Origin: a virus
Length of the DNA stretch: 64,000 nucleotides
Virus record (IMG/VR): IMGVR_UViG_3300025137_005002
Location: 12,479-76,478 of that record
Reading direction: 5' to 3' (one strand)
Part shown: positions 56,509 through 64,000 of the stretch, one piece after another
How positions within the stretch are numbered: the stretch's first letter is position 1
Layout of the letters: every line of letters begins with the position of its first letter
Notes under the pieces: generated by a model
What the model was told of the DNA's origin: nothing
The model's database searches: none
Seen by the model: only the letters and a program-made list of their open reading frames with translations
Translations under genes and position numbers: made by a program

Positions 56509-57489
56509 TTAATAGTCATAAACATCACAATCAAAGCCTTTTCCAGTTGTATCACCAAAATCACCATCTAACTCTATATCATTATATGTAATTGAAGTAA
56601 TAACTGTGTCACCATTTGGCATTTCTTCAGCATCTATGCCTAATCTACTAGGATCAAATTTCTTTCCTTCTAGTTTAAGATAAACATCGTTGAACGTACC
56701 TTTTTCTATACTCATACCATAAAATATATAATTGTGTCCATCTTTATCTGCATATTCATCTAAATCTATGTCTGATATTTTAACTTCTTTACCATTTTTA
56801 TTTAGAAGTTTTTCAAGTTCAATGTTTTCTAGTATAGTATTAACCCATTTACTTCCCCAGGATTGATCTTCAACTTCATCAACTTCAATCATTGCAGAGT
56901 CTACAGTAACACCGTTTTGATGTATGACTTCTCTTGGTGCTTCGTACCAGTCTTTATGGCTTTCGGAATCTTCGTCCCAAAGAAAGTCTGCTTCTTGATC
57001 CATATCATTAAACTTCCTAAATGTTTCAGGATCAAGCATATAATCTTGTAATGTCATTAAATCAGGATTTGTATCTAAAACAATTTCACCTTGTTTGACT
57101 TTGTTCCAAAACTCATATGCTTTTTTATTAATTCTAGCATATACACTTTCACCACCATATCCCCACACTCTGATACGATAGTGTGTAACAGGTTGTTTAA
57201 TAGTTTCGATAAGTTCATCGTGTGCTTGTTCAACAGTTTGTATATCTGTAACGTTAGCAACTTTAAAACTACGCCAACCTTTAGCATTAATATCATAGAC
57301 ACCAACATTCTCCAATTGCTTGGCACTAGGTTCTTTTGGTTCTTTCGAACCTTTTGGCATAGCCTCTTGGGGAATAATTGCAGGATCTAACGTGCAAGTC
57401 ATAATACGTTGATCACCGTTAAGTTTAGTAAACGTAACAACACTCTCTTTTGTCCTAAGACGTTCAATCAATTCTTCTTTGTTATACAT
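56509..57489 (-). CDS. WYL-like/SH3 beta-barrel (DUF2693-like) domain fused to an acidic domain
   Basis: VVTFTKLNGDQR.MTCTL..VYDINAKGWRSF. Confidence 0.7.
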   Translation of the reverse strand: MYNKEELIERLRTKESVVTFTKLNGDQRIMTCTLDPAIIPQEAMPKGSKEPKEPSAKQLENVGVYDINAKGWRSFKVANVTDIQTVEQAHDELIETIKQPVTHYRIRVWGYGGESVYARINKKAYEFWNKVKQGEIVLDTNPDLMTLQDYMLDPETFRKFNDMDQEADFLWDEDSESHKDWYEAPREVIHQNGVTVDSAMIEVDEVEDQSWGSKWVNTILENIELEKLLNKNGKEVKISDIDLDEYADKDGHNYIFYGMSIEKGTFNDVYLKLEGKKFDPSRLGIDAEEMPNGDTVITSITYNDIELDGDFGDTTGKGFDCDVYDY

Positions 57490-57494
57490 ATTTA

Positions 57495-57779
57495 TCAGCA
57501 CCCACTGTCGTTATTATTAAATTCTTCGTTATCATTAACTGGTTCTCTAGTCTGATGACTTTCCCAATAATTAATGACATCATCGAAACCAATGTTCATT
57601 ATAGAACCATCTGGCAATTCTTCTTCTTGCCATTTTTCAATTTCATTTATTTGTTCCTGAGTTAAGTTTTCAATATTCTCTACTTCATAGTAGTTACCAA
57701 CTGCTTCTTTAACTCTTTCAAATATATCGTTTTCTACTGCGTCTTCATGTTTATGAATACGTTGCCATTCAAATGCCAT
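57495..57779 (-). CDS. Hypothetical acidic protein
   Basis: GGAG RBS. Confidence 0.65.
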   Translation of the reverse strand: MAFEWQRIHKHEDAVENDIFERVKEAVGNYYEVENIENLTQEQINEIEKWQEEELPDGSIMNIGFDDVINYWESHQTREPVNDNEEFNNNDSGC

Positions 57780-57782
57780 TAT

Positions 57783-58271
57783 CTACTCCCATGGATAAAC
57801 AAGCCAAACATCTTCTTCGGCTTTGTTAACTTCGTGTGCCTGGTATCTTACATTACCAAAGTCACTAGAACCGTTTTCAGTTAAAACTGCAAAGCGAACA
57901 TTGTTATCCCAAACCTCTTTCACTTCGTTAGATTCAATTTTAGATGACCAATCACTTACTACCCAATTAAATGTAGCACCTGAATCATTTATATCATCTA
58001 TAACTAGAATGTTTTTGCCTGCAAAGGCATCTTCTGCCATCCAAGTATTACTTTCAGTTTTAATTTTTAAGCCGTCTCTATCACGTAACCTAACGTCTAA
58101 AGTATACATAGGAATACCTGTTCTATTACTCATCATAATAGCAGGAGTTAATCCACCCCTAGTAAGTCCTACAATATAATCTGGTCTCCACTCATCATTA
58201 TACATCTGTGTAATAATATCAGTGACCATCTTTTCAACATCAGTCCAATCATATATATGTTTCTTAATCAT
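57783..58271 (-). CDS. Phosphoribosyltransferase (xanthine/hypoxanthine PRT-like)
   Basis: IVGLTRGGL.PA, ILVIDDINDSGAT, WLVYPWE. Confidence 0.9.
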   Translation of the reverse strand: MIKKHIYDWTDVEKMVTDIITQMYNDEWRPDYIVGLTRGGLTPAIMMSNRTGIPMYTLDVRLRDRDGLKIKTESNTWMAEDAFAGKNILVIDDINDSGATFNWVVSDWSSKIESNEVKEVWDNNVRFAVLTENGSSDFGNVRYQAHEVNKAEEDVWLVYPWE

Positions 58272-58592
58272 TTACTTCCCCTCCTCATCAAAATCATTAT
58301 ACAATGTATACTTGGCAGTAAGTTCGTCTCCTGCCTTTACTGGTCTTACAGTCATCAAATAACAAACAGGAAGTTGATGCCAAAAGCCTTTTACATTTTT
58401 ACAGTTAGGATTATCATGGTGATTATAAAATGCTCCTAAGGCAGTACGAATACTACCATGTGGAAAGTTCTTATTCATAACATGAACAATACCTAAAATT
58501 GTATCAGCATCAAAGTCTTTTGTAGCAAAAAGTCCTAACCCTTGTACATCGGATTCTTTAATTGTTAGTCCGTCTGGTAGTGGTCTATACAT
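58272..58592 (-). CDS. SET domain protein
   Basis: S.VQGLGLFAT, FYNH..NPNC, GDELTAKY. Confidence 0.85.
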   Translation of the reverse strand: MYRPLPDGLTIKESDVQGLGLFATKDFDADTILGIVHVMNKNFPHGSIRTALGAFYNHHDNPNCKNVKGFWHQLPVCYLMTVRPVKAGDELTAKYTLYNDFDEEGK

Positions 58593-58806
58593 TCCATTTT
58601 CTCCATGCTTTGTGAAGTACATAAAACCATACTCCATTTATTGTAGGTTCAACTAGTGCTACTGCACCTGCCTCCCATAAACTGGCACCTGTCATAACAC
58701 TTACGACTGCCATTGCGATAAGAATGTGTCCTAAAGTATAAATTAATGCTAGTTGCAAACTAGTCCCGTTAACTGCATTTCTTATTGCATTCACAATCAC
58801 TGTCAT
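58585..58806 (-). CDS. DUF2061-like membrane protein
   Basis: AGAVALVEP.IN.VWFY.LHKAW. Confidence 0.7.
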   Translation of the reverse strand: MTVIVNAIRNAVNGTSLQLALIYTLGHILIAMAVVSVMTGASLWEAGAVALVEPTINGVWFYVLHKAWRKWNV

Positions 58807-59297
58807 ACATTATCTCCTAGATATGTTTTATGGTCGGTCCAGATGTACTTTATAACTTCAACATCTTTCTCGCCATGCTTTTCCATTGTTTTGCCAGGGT
58901 GTATAAATCCCCAGTCTTTTTGTTTTTTACCTGGAATAAAAATAGTCCAAGGTGTAATACCTGGCTCTAGTTCTACTCTATGCATACTGTCTGCCGTTGC
59001 CTTAATAAAGGAACCAGGACCTCTCCATCTTTTACTTGCACCAATAACTGCACCAGTATCATTTTTAAGAGGATACCATTCCCAATAACCACCTTTAATA
59101 ATAAATGTCTTATAACTCCAAGGGTGGTCGTGCAAATGATCCGGATCACTTTTTACAAATTTATGTAAAAATATATTGAAAGGAAAACTATCTCTGTCTT
59201 TCAAAAACAAGTAATACCTTTCTAGGTATGGTTCACCTGTTTGCCTATCATTAATAATTCTATATCTTCCTAACCATGTCATTAACTTCTTAAACAT
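58803..59297 (-). CDS. Phage cupin-fold protein
   Basis: FLHKF..SD...LHDHPW..GGYWE..HRVEL..WGF. Confidence 0.75.
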   Translation of the reverse strand: MFKKLMTWLGRYRIINDRQTGEPYLERYYLFLKDRDSFPFNIFLHKFVKSDPDHLHDHPWSYKTFIIKGGYWEWYPLKNDTGAVIGASKRWRGPGSFIKATADSMHRVELEPGITPWTIFIPGKKQKDWGFIHPGKTMEKHGEKDVEVIKYIWTDHKTYLGDNV

Positions 59298-59306
59298 TAC
59301 TATCCT

Positions 59307-59876
59307 TTACTGCTTGTTCATCAAATCATATGGAGTACTGATTGCTCCAATTCTAATTAGATTTGTATCTACTACTAGCATTTGTCCACTATCTGCTTTG
59401 AAGCCTGGAAAAACACCGTTCATTACTTTGAAATGTGTAAAGACGAACAAGTTTCCTTTACCATCCCAACTCTTTATTAAATCTCTAATCCTATCAAACT
59501 CTTTTGTTTGTGAATCAAACAACTTATTCTTTTTAAATTCTATTCCGGCATACTCGGCAGTTTGCCAACATCTACAAATAGGACTTGACCATGCCTTCTC
59601 AATTTTAATATTATGTTCTCTTAAGAATACACCAATTGCTTTTGATTGTTTAATACCTTCTGACATTAAGTTTCTTTGTTTACCACATACCTTACTACTC
59701 TTGTCTTCGTTAATACCTTCTACTTTAGGTGCGTAGGCGTGTCTTACAAATACAATCATTCCACCTTTTTGTAAAGAATCAATTGCTAGTTCTTTGTTAA
59801 ACTCTCTTTCAAAACTATAAGCAACTGATGTCGATGTTACTGCTAGTATAACTGCTATTAATATTTTCTTAAACAT
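59307..59876 (-). CDS. Exported histidine phosphatase family protein
   Basis: Signal peptide, VRHA, SSP.CRCWQTA, VFTH. Confidence 0.85.
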   Translation of the reverse strand: MFKKILIAVILAVTSTSVAYSFEREFNKELAIDSLQKGGMIVFVRHAYAPKVEGINEDKSSKVCGKQRNLMSEGIKQSKAIGVFLREHNIKIEKAWSSPICRCWQTAEYAGIEFKKNKLFDSQTKEFDRIRDLIKSWDGKGNLFVFTHFKVMNGVFPGFKADSGQMLVVDTNLIRIGAISTPYDLMNKQ

Positions 59877-60180
59877 TTTCCCACCTTTCACGTTGTTCTT
59901 TTCTTTCTACTAGTTTTAAATGAGCTGGTCTCATGCCATGTTTATCTGTCATGTTAACAACTGTCTTGCCTTGTAATTCTAAAAGAAGAGCATCGTGTGG
60001 GTGCATAGATTCTACTTCGTTACCATCGTCCCAACTATACACGTTCCATTCGGGGTCAAAAGTTTCAAACTCTGGATCTAACTTCTTTGTTAGTAAAGTA
60101 TTTTTAAACGTCTCTCTCATTACTTCAATTTCTTCATCTGTATATTGACGTTCTTCAGTATCTTTAGAATTTCCAGACAA
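59869..60180 (-). CDS. Hypothetical protein
   Basis: GGAGGAG RBS before TTG 60180. Confidence 0.6.
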   Translation of the reverse strand: MSGNSKDTEERQYTDEEIEVMRETFKNTLLTKKLDPEFETFDPEWNVYSWDDGNEVESMHPHDALLLELQGKTVVNMTDKHGMRPAHLKLVERKEQRERWENV

Positions 60181-63121
60181 CACTAACTCCTCCACTTGTA
60201 TCTTCAAATCCACCTGTTCTTTGTTCAACGAATACCTTGAAGTCTACTGTATCTACATTATACTTGTAATAAGCAGTAAAGTCAAGATTTCTTTCTTCTG
60301 TTTTCATATTAACTGTAGTTTGTGTATTGTTTACATTACCACTTATAGTTCTGCTAGTAGGTACGTTATAAGTCATCTTAGCACTTTCAATAGTAATTGG
60401 TTGGCTAACACTAGCACCAAAACCATTTTGTTCAATACCTGCGGACCATGTTGTACTGTATACATTATCTGCACTATCTAACATACTCCATTCACTACCA
60501 TATGAATTCTTTGTGTAACCAAAACCAAATTGACCAAATATTTTAACATTTTCATATGTTGTACTGTAATCTAAATTTGCATAAGTTGTATAAGAATTTT
60601 CTAAATTACCAAATACACCTGTTTGACTATGTGCAAGGAAACTATCCTTCTCATTAAAGAAACCAGGTTGTATAGTAAACTTATGTTCTGTACTATTGTT
60701 TAATGCAAATTGAGGAAACTGTAGATGTTTCTCATAATTACTGTAACCAGCATACATATTAGTAGCCGCCAATGTATTTGTAAATTTGTTTGCTCTTGTA
60801 TCAACTTTATAAGTTGTACTACCGTCTACATAAAAATCTCTCTCATAACTATCAAGTACCATTATATTAGAAAGTTCTGCCATTGCACCACTACTACCTG
60901 AAACATAACCAGACATTGTTGAAATGTTACCATCTGTTCTACCACTAGTTGGAATACCTGTTGCTCCAACTGGTTGTGTTGCTTTGTCCATGTCTAGTAA
61001 ACCTTGTCCGTGTACATTTACATCATAACCTGTAATAGTTTTATCAGCAGTTTCTGTAAGAAGTCTTACAAGGTTTTTGCCTTTCATATGAGGCCACATT
61101 TGATTAACAACTGCTACTGCACCAGTTACTACTGGAGCCGCCATACTAGTTCCTGACATATGTACATACCCTGTACCATTATTATCTGTACTGTAAATAC
61201 TTGTACCTGGTGCAAGTATATAATAATCACTTATAACACCTGCGTCTTTACAAGCACCTTGTTCGTAAGTTGTACACACTGAACCTGCTCTGTTACTAAA
61301 TCCTGAGATCTTATCGTTAACAATATCCCAACTACCTACTACAAGCATTTGTCCATCTAGTATCAAATTACCATCACTGTTTGTAGCCGTTGCCATTTGA
61401 TTCATACCAGCACTAAAGTCTGTACCTTGGTTACCAGCGGCTTTGACAAGTATCATGTCAGTACCTAATGCATTCTTCCAAGTTGTTGCTTCACCTTTAG
61501 CACCATTATAACCATTTACACCATAGTACCAATGTGTACTATGCCATTTGCCTGTATTATCTAAGACCAAACTATTTTTAAATCCGTTATCTAATCTAAC
61601 TTCAGCACTAACATTAATTGCTATTGCTCCGTTATCTTTTCCCCACGCCGCGGCTTTACTTGCTCTTTGAAAACTATATGCAGTATTATCTGTTACTTTT
61701 GCAATCATTAACTTAACATCAGGAGCAACACCTATCATTCCTTCTCCGTTAAGTTCTGCACCTGTAATACCTGCAACGTGTGTACCATGTCCATTACTGT
61801 CTGAAACATCTGTACTATTATTCATAAAGTTTTTAGTAAGTCCAATGTTATTATCTAAGTCTGTGTGGTTAACATTAGTACCAGTATCTGCAATAACTAC
61901 AATACTGCCTTTACCTGTCCAACCTCTGCTCCATGCCGCATCTGCCTTAATAGTAGACAATACATTATCATTAACATAATTTTTTAATCCAAAGAACTCT
62001 TCTGTTCTATATAAGTTTGCGTCTTTAATCGCACCTTCTGTAACTGTACCTAAGTCGCTATTAGTGTAGTCGACACTTTTATAGTTAACAGTACTAGAAC
62101 TATCATCATCATTATCACTTCCTGATTCATCTTCTTTTTCTTCTTTCTCTTCTTCTTTTGCTTCACCTTTAGTATACTCGTATGTTACAACTGGTGTTGT
62201 TGGAACGATATGTGTTGATGTTTCTTGTACTTCAACAACTGTAACACTGTCATCACTGTAAGTAACCTTATACTTTACATTCCAATACTTAACAAGTGTC
62301 TCATTATAATTTGTTTGAACTCTGTACTTCTTACAAGTACCTGTAAATGTTGAGCCATCTGTTAGTGTTTGATTATTACACTCTACATCACCACTAAACG
62401 ATTTGCTAACGTCACCTGCTTCTTTACCAGTAACTTCTTGCTTTTGCATTTCTTTAGCAATTTGTTCTCTACTAGTTTCAGTTACTTCAGGAGTCTCTTC
62501 CTTCTCTTCTTCTTTCTCTTCCTCTTTCTCCTCTTCCTTCTCTTCCTCTTTTTCTTCTTCTACAGGAGGATCCTTCTTCTCTTCTTCTTTTTCTACAGGA
62601 GTAATATCATTTTTAATATCGTCAATAGTTTTTTCACCTTTACCTACTGCTTCAAAGTCAATCTTATCTTCGTTTTGTGCAAAGGCTTTTACATCTAAAT
62701 ATTCATTATGTTCATCATCAAACTTACCACTATCGACAATACCTTGCCAAAAATCTTCTTTACCATCATAATAAACTTTTTTATAACCTAATAGTTTGTT
62801 CCAAGCAGATTGCAAGTTCATTTGTTGTCCATCTACTGTAACAGTATAATTTGCAAACTCGCTAGTGTCCATACTAGCATTATCATTCATCCATTTAAAT
62901 ACACCAACTGCTTCAGTGGCAGTCATCTTTCCGTCAGCAGTAACATCTCTCAATACTGAAAGTTGTGCAAAGTTATCTTGTGCAAGTGTATCAAAACTAA
63001 CTGTACCCAAGTTAATTGGTTGTGGTACTGAAATAGGAATACTACCTCCACCACCTCCACCACCACAAGCGGTAAGAGCCAACATACTAACCATTCCTAA
63101 AACTGCTGTCTTCTTATTCAT
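60164..63121 (-). CDS. Lipoprotein S8 (subtilisin) serine protease with autotransporter-like C-terminus
   Basis: LTAC lipobox + poly-Gly; IADTG, GHGTHVAG, AAGN, GTSMAAP; amphipathic strands ending VVWKF. Confidence 0.9.
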   Translation of the reverse strand: MNKKTAVLGMVSMLALTACGGGGGGGSIPISVPQPINLGTVSFDTLAQDNFAQLSVLRDVTADGKMTATEAVGVFKWMNDNASMDTSEFANYTVTVDGQQMNLQSAWNKLLGYKKVYYDGKEDFWQGIVDSGKFDDEHNEYLDVKAFAQNEDKIDFEAVGKGEKTIDDIKNDITPVEKEEEKKDPPVEEEKEEEKEEEKEEEKEEEKEETPEVTETSREQIAKEMQKQEVTGKEAGDVSKSFSGDVECNNQTLTDGSTFTGTCKKYRVQTNYNETLVKYWNVKYKVTYSDDSVTVVEVQETSTHIVPTTPVVTYEYTKGEAKEEEKEEKEDESGSDNDDDSSSTVNYKSVDYTNSDLGTVTEGAIKDANLYRTEEFFGLKNYVNDNVLSTIKADAAWSRGWTGKGSIVVIADTGTNVNHTDLDNNIGLTKNFMNNSTDVSDSNGHGTHVAGITGAELNGEGMIGVAPDVKLMIAKVTDNTAYSFQRASKAAAWGKDNGAIAINVSAEVRLDNGFKNSLVLDNTGKWHSTHWYYGVNGYNGAKGEATTWKNALGTDMILVKAAGNQGTDFSAGMNQMATATNSDGNLILDGQMLVVGSWDIVNDKISGFSNRAGSVCTTYEQGACKDAGVISDYYILAPGTSIYSTDNNGTGYVHMSGTSMAAPVVTGAVAVVNQMWPHMKGKNLVRLLTETADKTITGYDVNVHGQGLLDMDKATQPVGATGIPTSGRTDGNISTMSGYVSGSSGAMAELSNIMVLDSYERDFYVDGSTTYKVDTRANKFTNTLAATNMYAGYSNYEKHLQFPQFALNNSTEHKFTIQPGFFNEKDSFLAHSQTGVFGNLENSYTTYANLDYSTTYENVKIFGQFGFGYTKNSYGSEWSMLDSADNVYSTTWSAGIEQNGFGASVSQPITIESAKMTYNVPTSRTISGNVNNTQTTVNMKTEERNLDFTAYYKYNVDTVDFKVFVEQRTGGFEDTSGGVSVVWKF
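62494..62595 (-). repeat. Imperfect 12-bp tandem repeat encoding (KEEE)n
   Basis: Pyrimidine-rich run on +; protein EEEKEEEKEEEKEEEKEEEKEE. Confidence 0.75.
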
Positions 63122-63216
63122 TATGCTACTCCCAATCCAATAAAGAAAAATATTGCCCAAACAATAAAAGTTGTAAACATACAACTCCAAAAGAATGAAA
63201 CGAACTTATCTAACAT
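63121..63216 (-). CDS. Small membrane peptide (31 aa)
   Basis: TAATG coupling on both sides. Confidence 0.5.
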   Translation of the reverse strand: MLDKFVSFFWSCMFTTFIVWAIFFFIGLGVA

Positions 63217-63443
63217 TAAACAGTCTCCATATAAGTTTCTGTTATTTCGCCTTTTTCAATTAATTCATCTTGGATTTCTTTTGCAGTTAAATCTGCATAA
63301 CCGTTTTCTTGTCTCCAAGATATTTCATCTTCGATATGATGCATTCTCATTATATCTTTTGTACCAATGCCACCTAATCCTAATTTAAGTTCGTTTAACT
63401 CACCTCTTAAATCTTCTAAGTCCATTTTAGTTACGTCTATCAT
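63216..63443 (-). CDS. Hypothetical early protein
   Basis: Coupled ORF. Confidence 0.65.
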   Translation of the reverse strand: MIDVTKMDLEDLRGELNELKLGLGGIGTKDIMRMHHIEDEISWRQENGYADLTAKEIQDELIEKGEITETYMETV

Positions 63444-63700
63444 TAAGCCGCCTCTAACATTTGCATTGGAACTGTATAAATTGTACCTATAGCACCATCA
63501 ATTTTAACCAAACATTTCTTTTGATTAACTTTTGTAATCGTACCTGGAGTCTTCTTAGTCTTTTGTACAATGTTAACTTTCATACCAACTGTTAATGTTG
63601 ATTTTGCATTAAGTACTTTTACTTCGTTAATAAAACTAGTAAGAGCATTAAGTTCTGATAATGACATAGTCATTACTTCTTTTTTCATAGTTGCGTTCAT
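63443..63700 (-). CDS. Hypothetical early protein (SH3/KOW-like)
   Basis: LTVGMKV..GTITKVN.KK..V..YTVP..ML. Confidence 0.7.
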   Translation of the reverse strand: MNATMKKEVMTMSLSELNALTSFINEVKVLNAKSTLTVGMKVNIVQKTKKTPGTITKVNQKKCLVKIDGAIGTIYTVPMQMLEAA

Positions 63701-63891
63701 TAAGCGTCTCCTTTTATTAAAATAACTGCACCAGTACCAAATAGTGCTAAACCAATACTAACAATCATTAACATATCTGTTAAAGAATTACCAGCACCAC
63801 ATTTACCATCACAATCACCGCCTGCGCCTGCCATTGCAACAATACCCATAATAACTAAAAAAGTACCAATTCCTTGCATTACTTTATTCAT
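63700..63891 (-). CDS. Small membrane early protein
   Basis: AGGAG RBS; two TM segments around GDCDGKC. Confidence 0.7.
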   Translation of the reverse strand: MNKVMQGIGTFLVIMGIVAMAGAGGDCDGKCGAGNSLTDMLMIVSIGLALFGTGAVILIKGDA

Positions 63892-63925
63892 TTATATTAA
63901 CTCCTTTTGTTTAACTTACTTTATT

Positions 63926-63953
63926 ATAATAACACAAAACGCCAATCTGTCAA
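63926..63953 (-). promoter_or_regulatory. Sigma70-like early promoter
   Basis: AAAAAGGTTGACA-N16-TATTAT. Confidence 0.78.
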
Positions 63954-64000
63954 CCTTTTTACCGGTATTTTACCCATAAAAAAAGCCTTATAAAACAAGG

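Noticed and set aside
574-63143. Many antisense or nested ORFs in the track (e.g. 28828-29433, 12211-12648, 41994-42494, 59314-59736)
   Set aside because: They lie within well-supported genes, have shadow-frame composition and lack recognisable motifs.
1-64000. CRISPR array, tRNA/rRNA, integrase/transposase, reverse transcriptase/DGR, intein or intron
   Set aside because: No regular repeat-spacer unit, cloverleaf or diagnostic motif found by eye; tRNAscan and Infernal were not run.
1-64000. Stop-codon reassignment
   Set aside because: Coding density is near complete with code 11, and TAA, TAG and TGA all end genes at coupled junctions.

Overview
AT-rich, very gene-dense segment that best fits a large T4-related/jumbo dsDNA bacteriophage, probably of a proteobacterial host. 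Evidence: T4-type RNase H, ThyX, MoxR AAA + vWA pair, many tiny early genes behind repeated TTGACA-N16-TAnnnT promoters, TAAATA late-type promoters, and no ribosomal or other housekeeping operons. The standard genetic code fits. The + strand block (1-39.9 kb) is a near-continuous, translationally coupled enzyme super-cluster with 17 radical SAM genes: 10 with an N-terminal twitch domain, 6 with a C-terminal twitch (one split into two genes) and 1 of another type. Interleaved are two UDP-sugar dehydrogenases, glycosyltransferase-like genes, a DegT aminotransferase, a StrB1-like amidinotransferase, a carbamoyltransferase, a methyltransferase, 2OG-Fe oxygenases, a cytidylyltransferase, a nitroreductase and an adenylating enzyme. 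Fe-S supply genes (YgfZ, NfuA, SufE, with IscU just across the strand switch) lie within or beside it. A short island at 17.4-20.4 kb holds reversed early genes, a GC-rich non-coding patch, repeated GAGCGA boxes and hairpins. The - strand block (39.9-64 kb) holds P-loop/sulfotransferase-like paralogs, iscU, thyX, AAA/vWA, rnh, queE/queD, PRTase, a SET-domain protein, an exported histidine phosphatase and a lipoprotein subtilase with an autotransporter-like C-terminus. The best candidate for a new system is a phage-encoded radical-SAM array plus aminoglycoside-type tailoring enzymes with its own Fe-S supply. Its product (glycan, DNA modification or small molecule) cannot be determined from sequence alone. 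All family calls come from motif recognition, not database searches.
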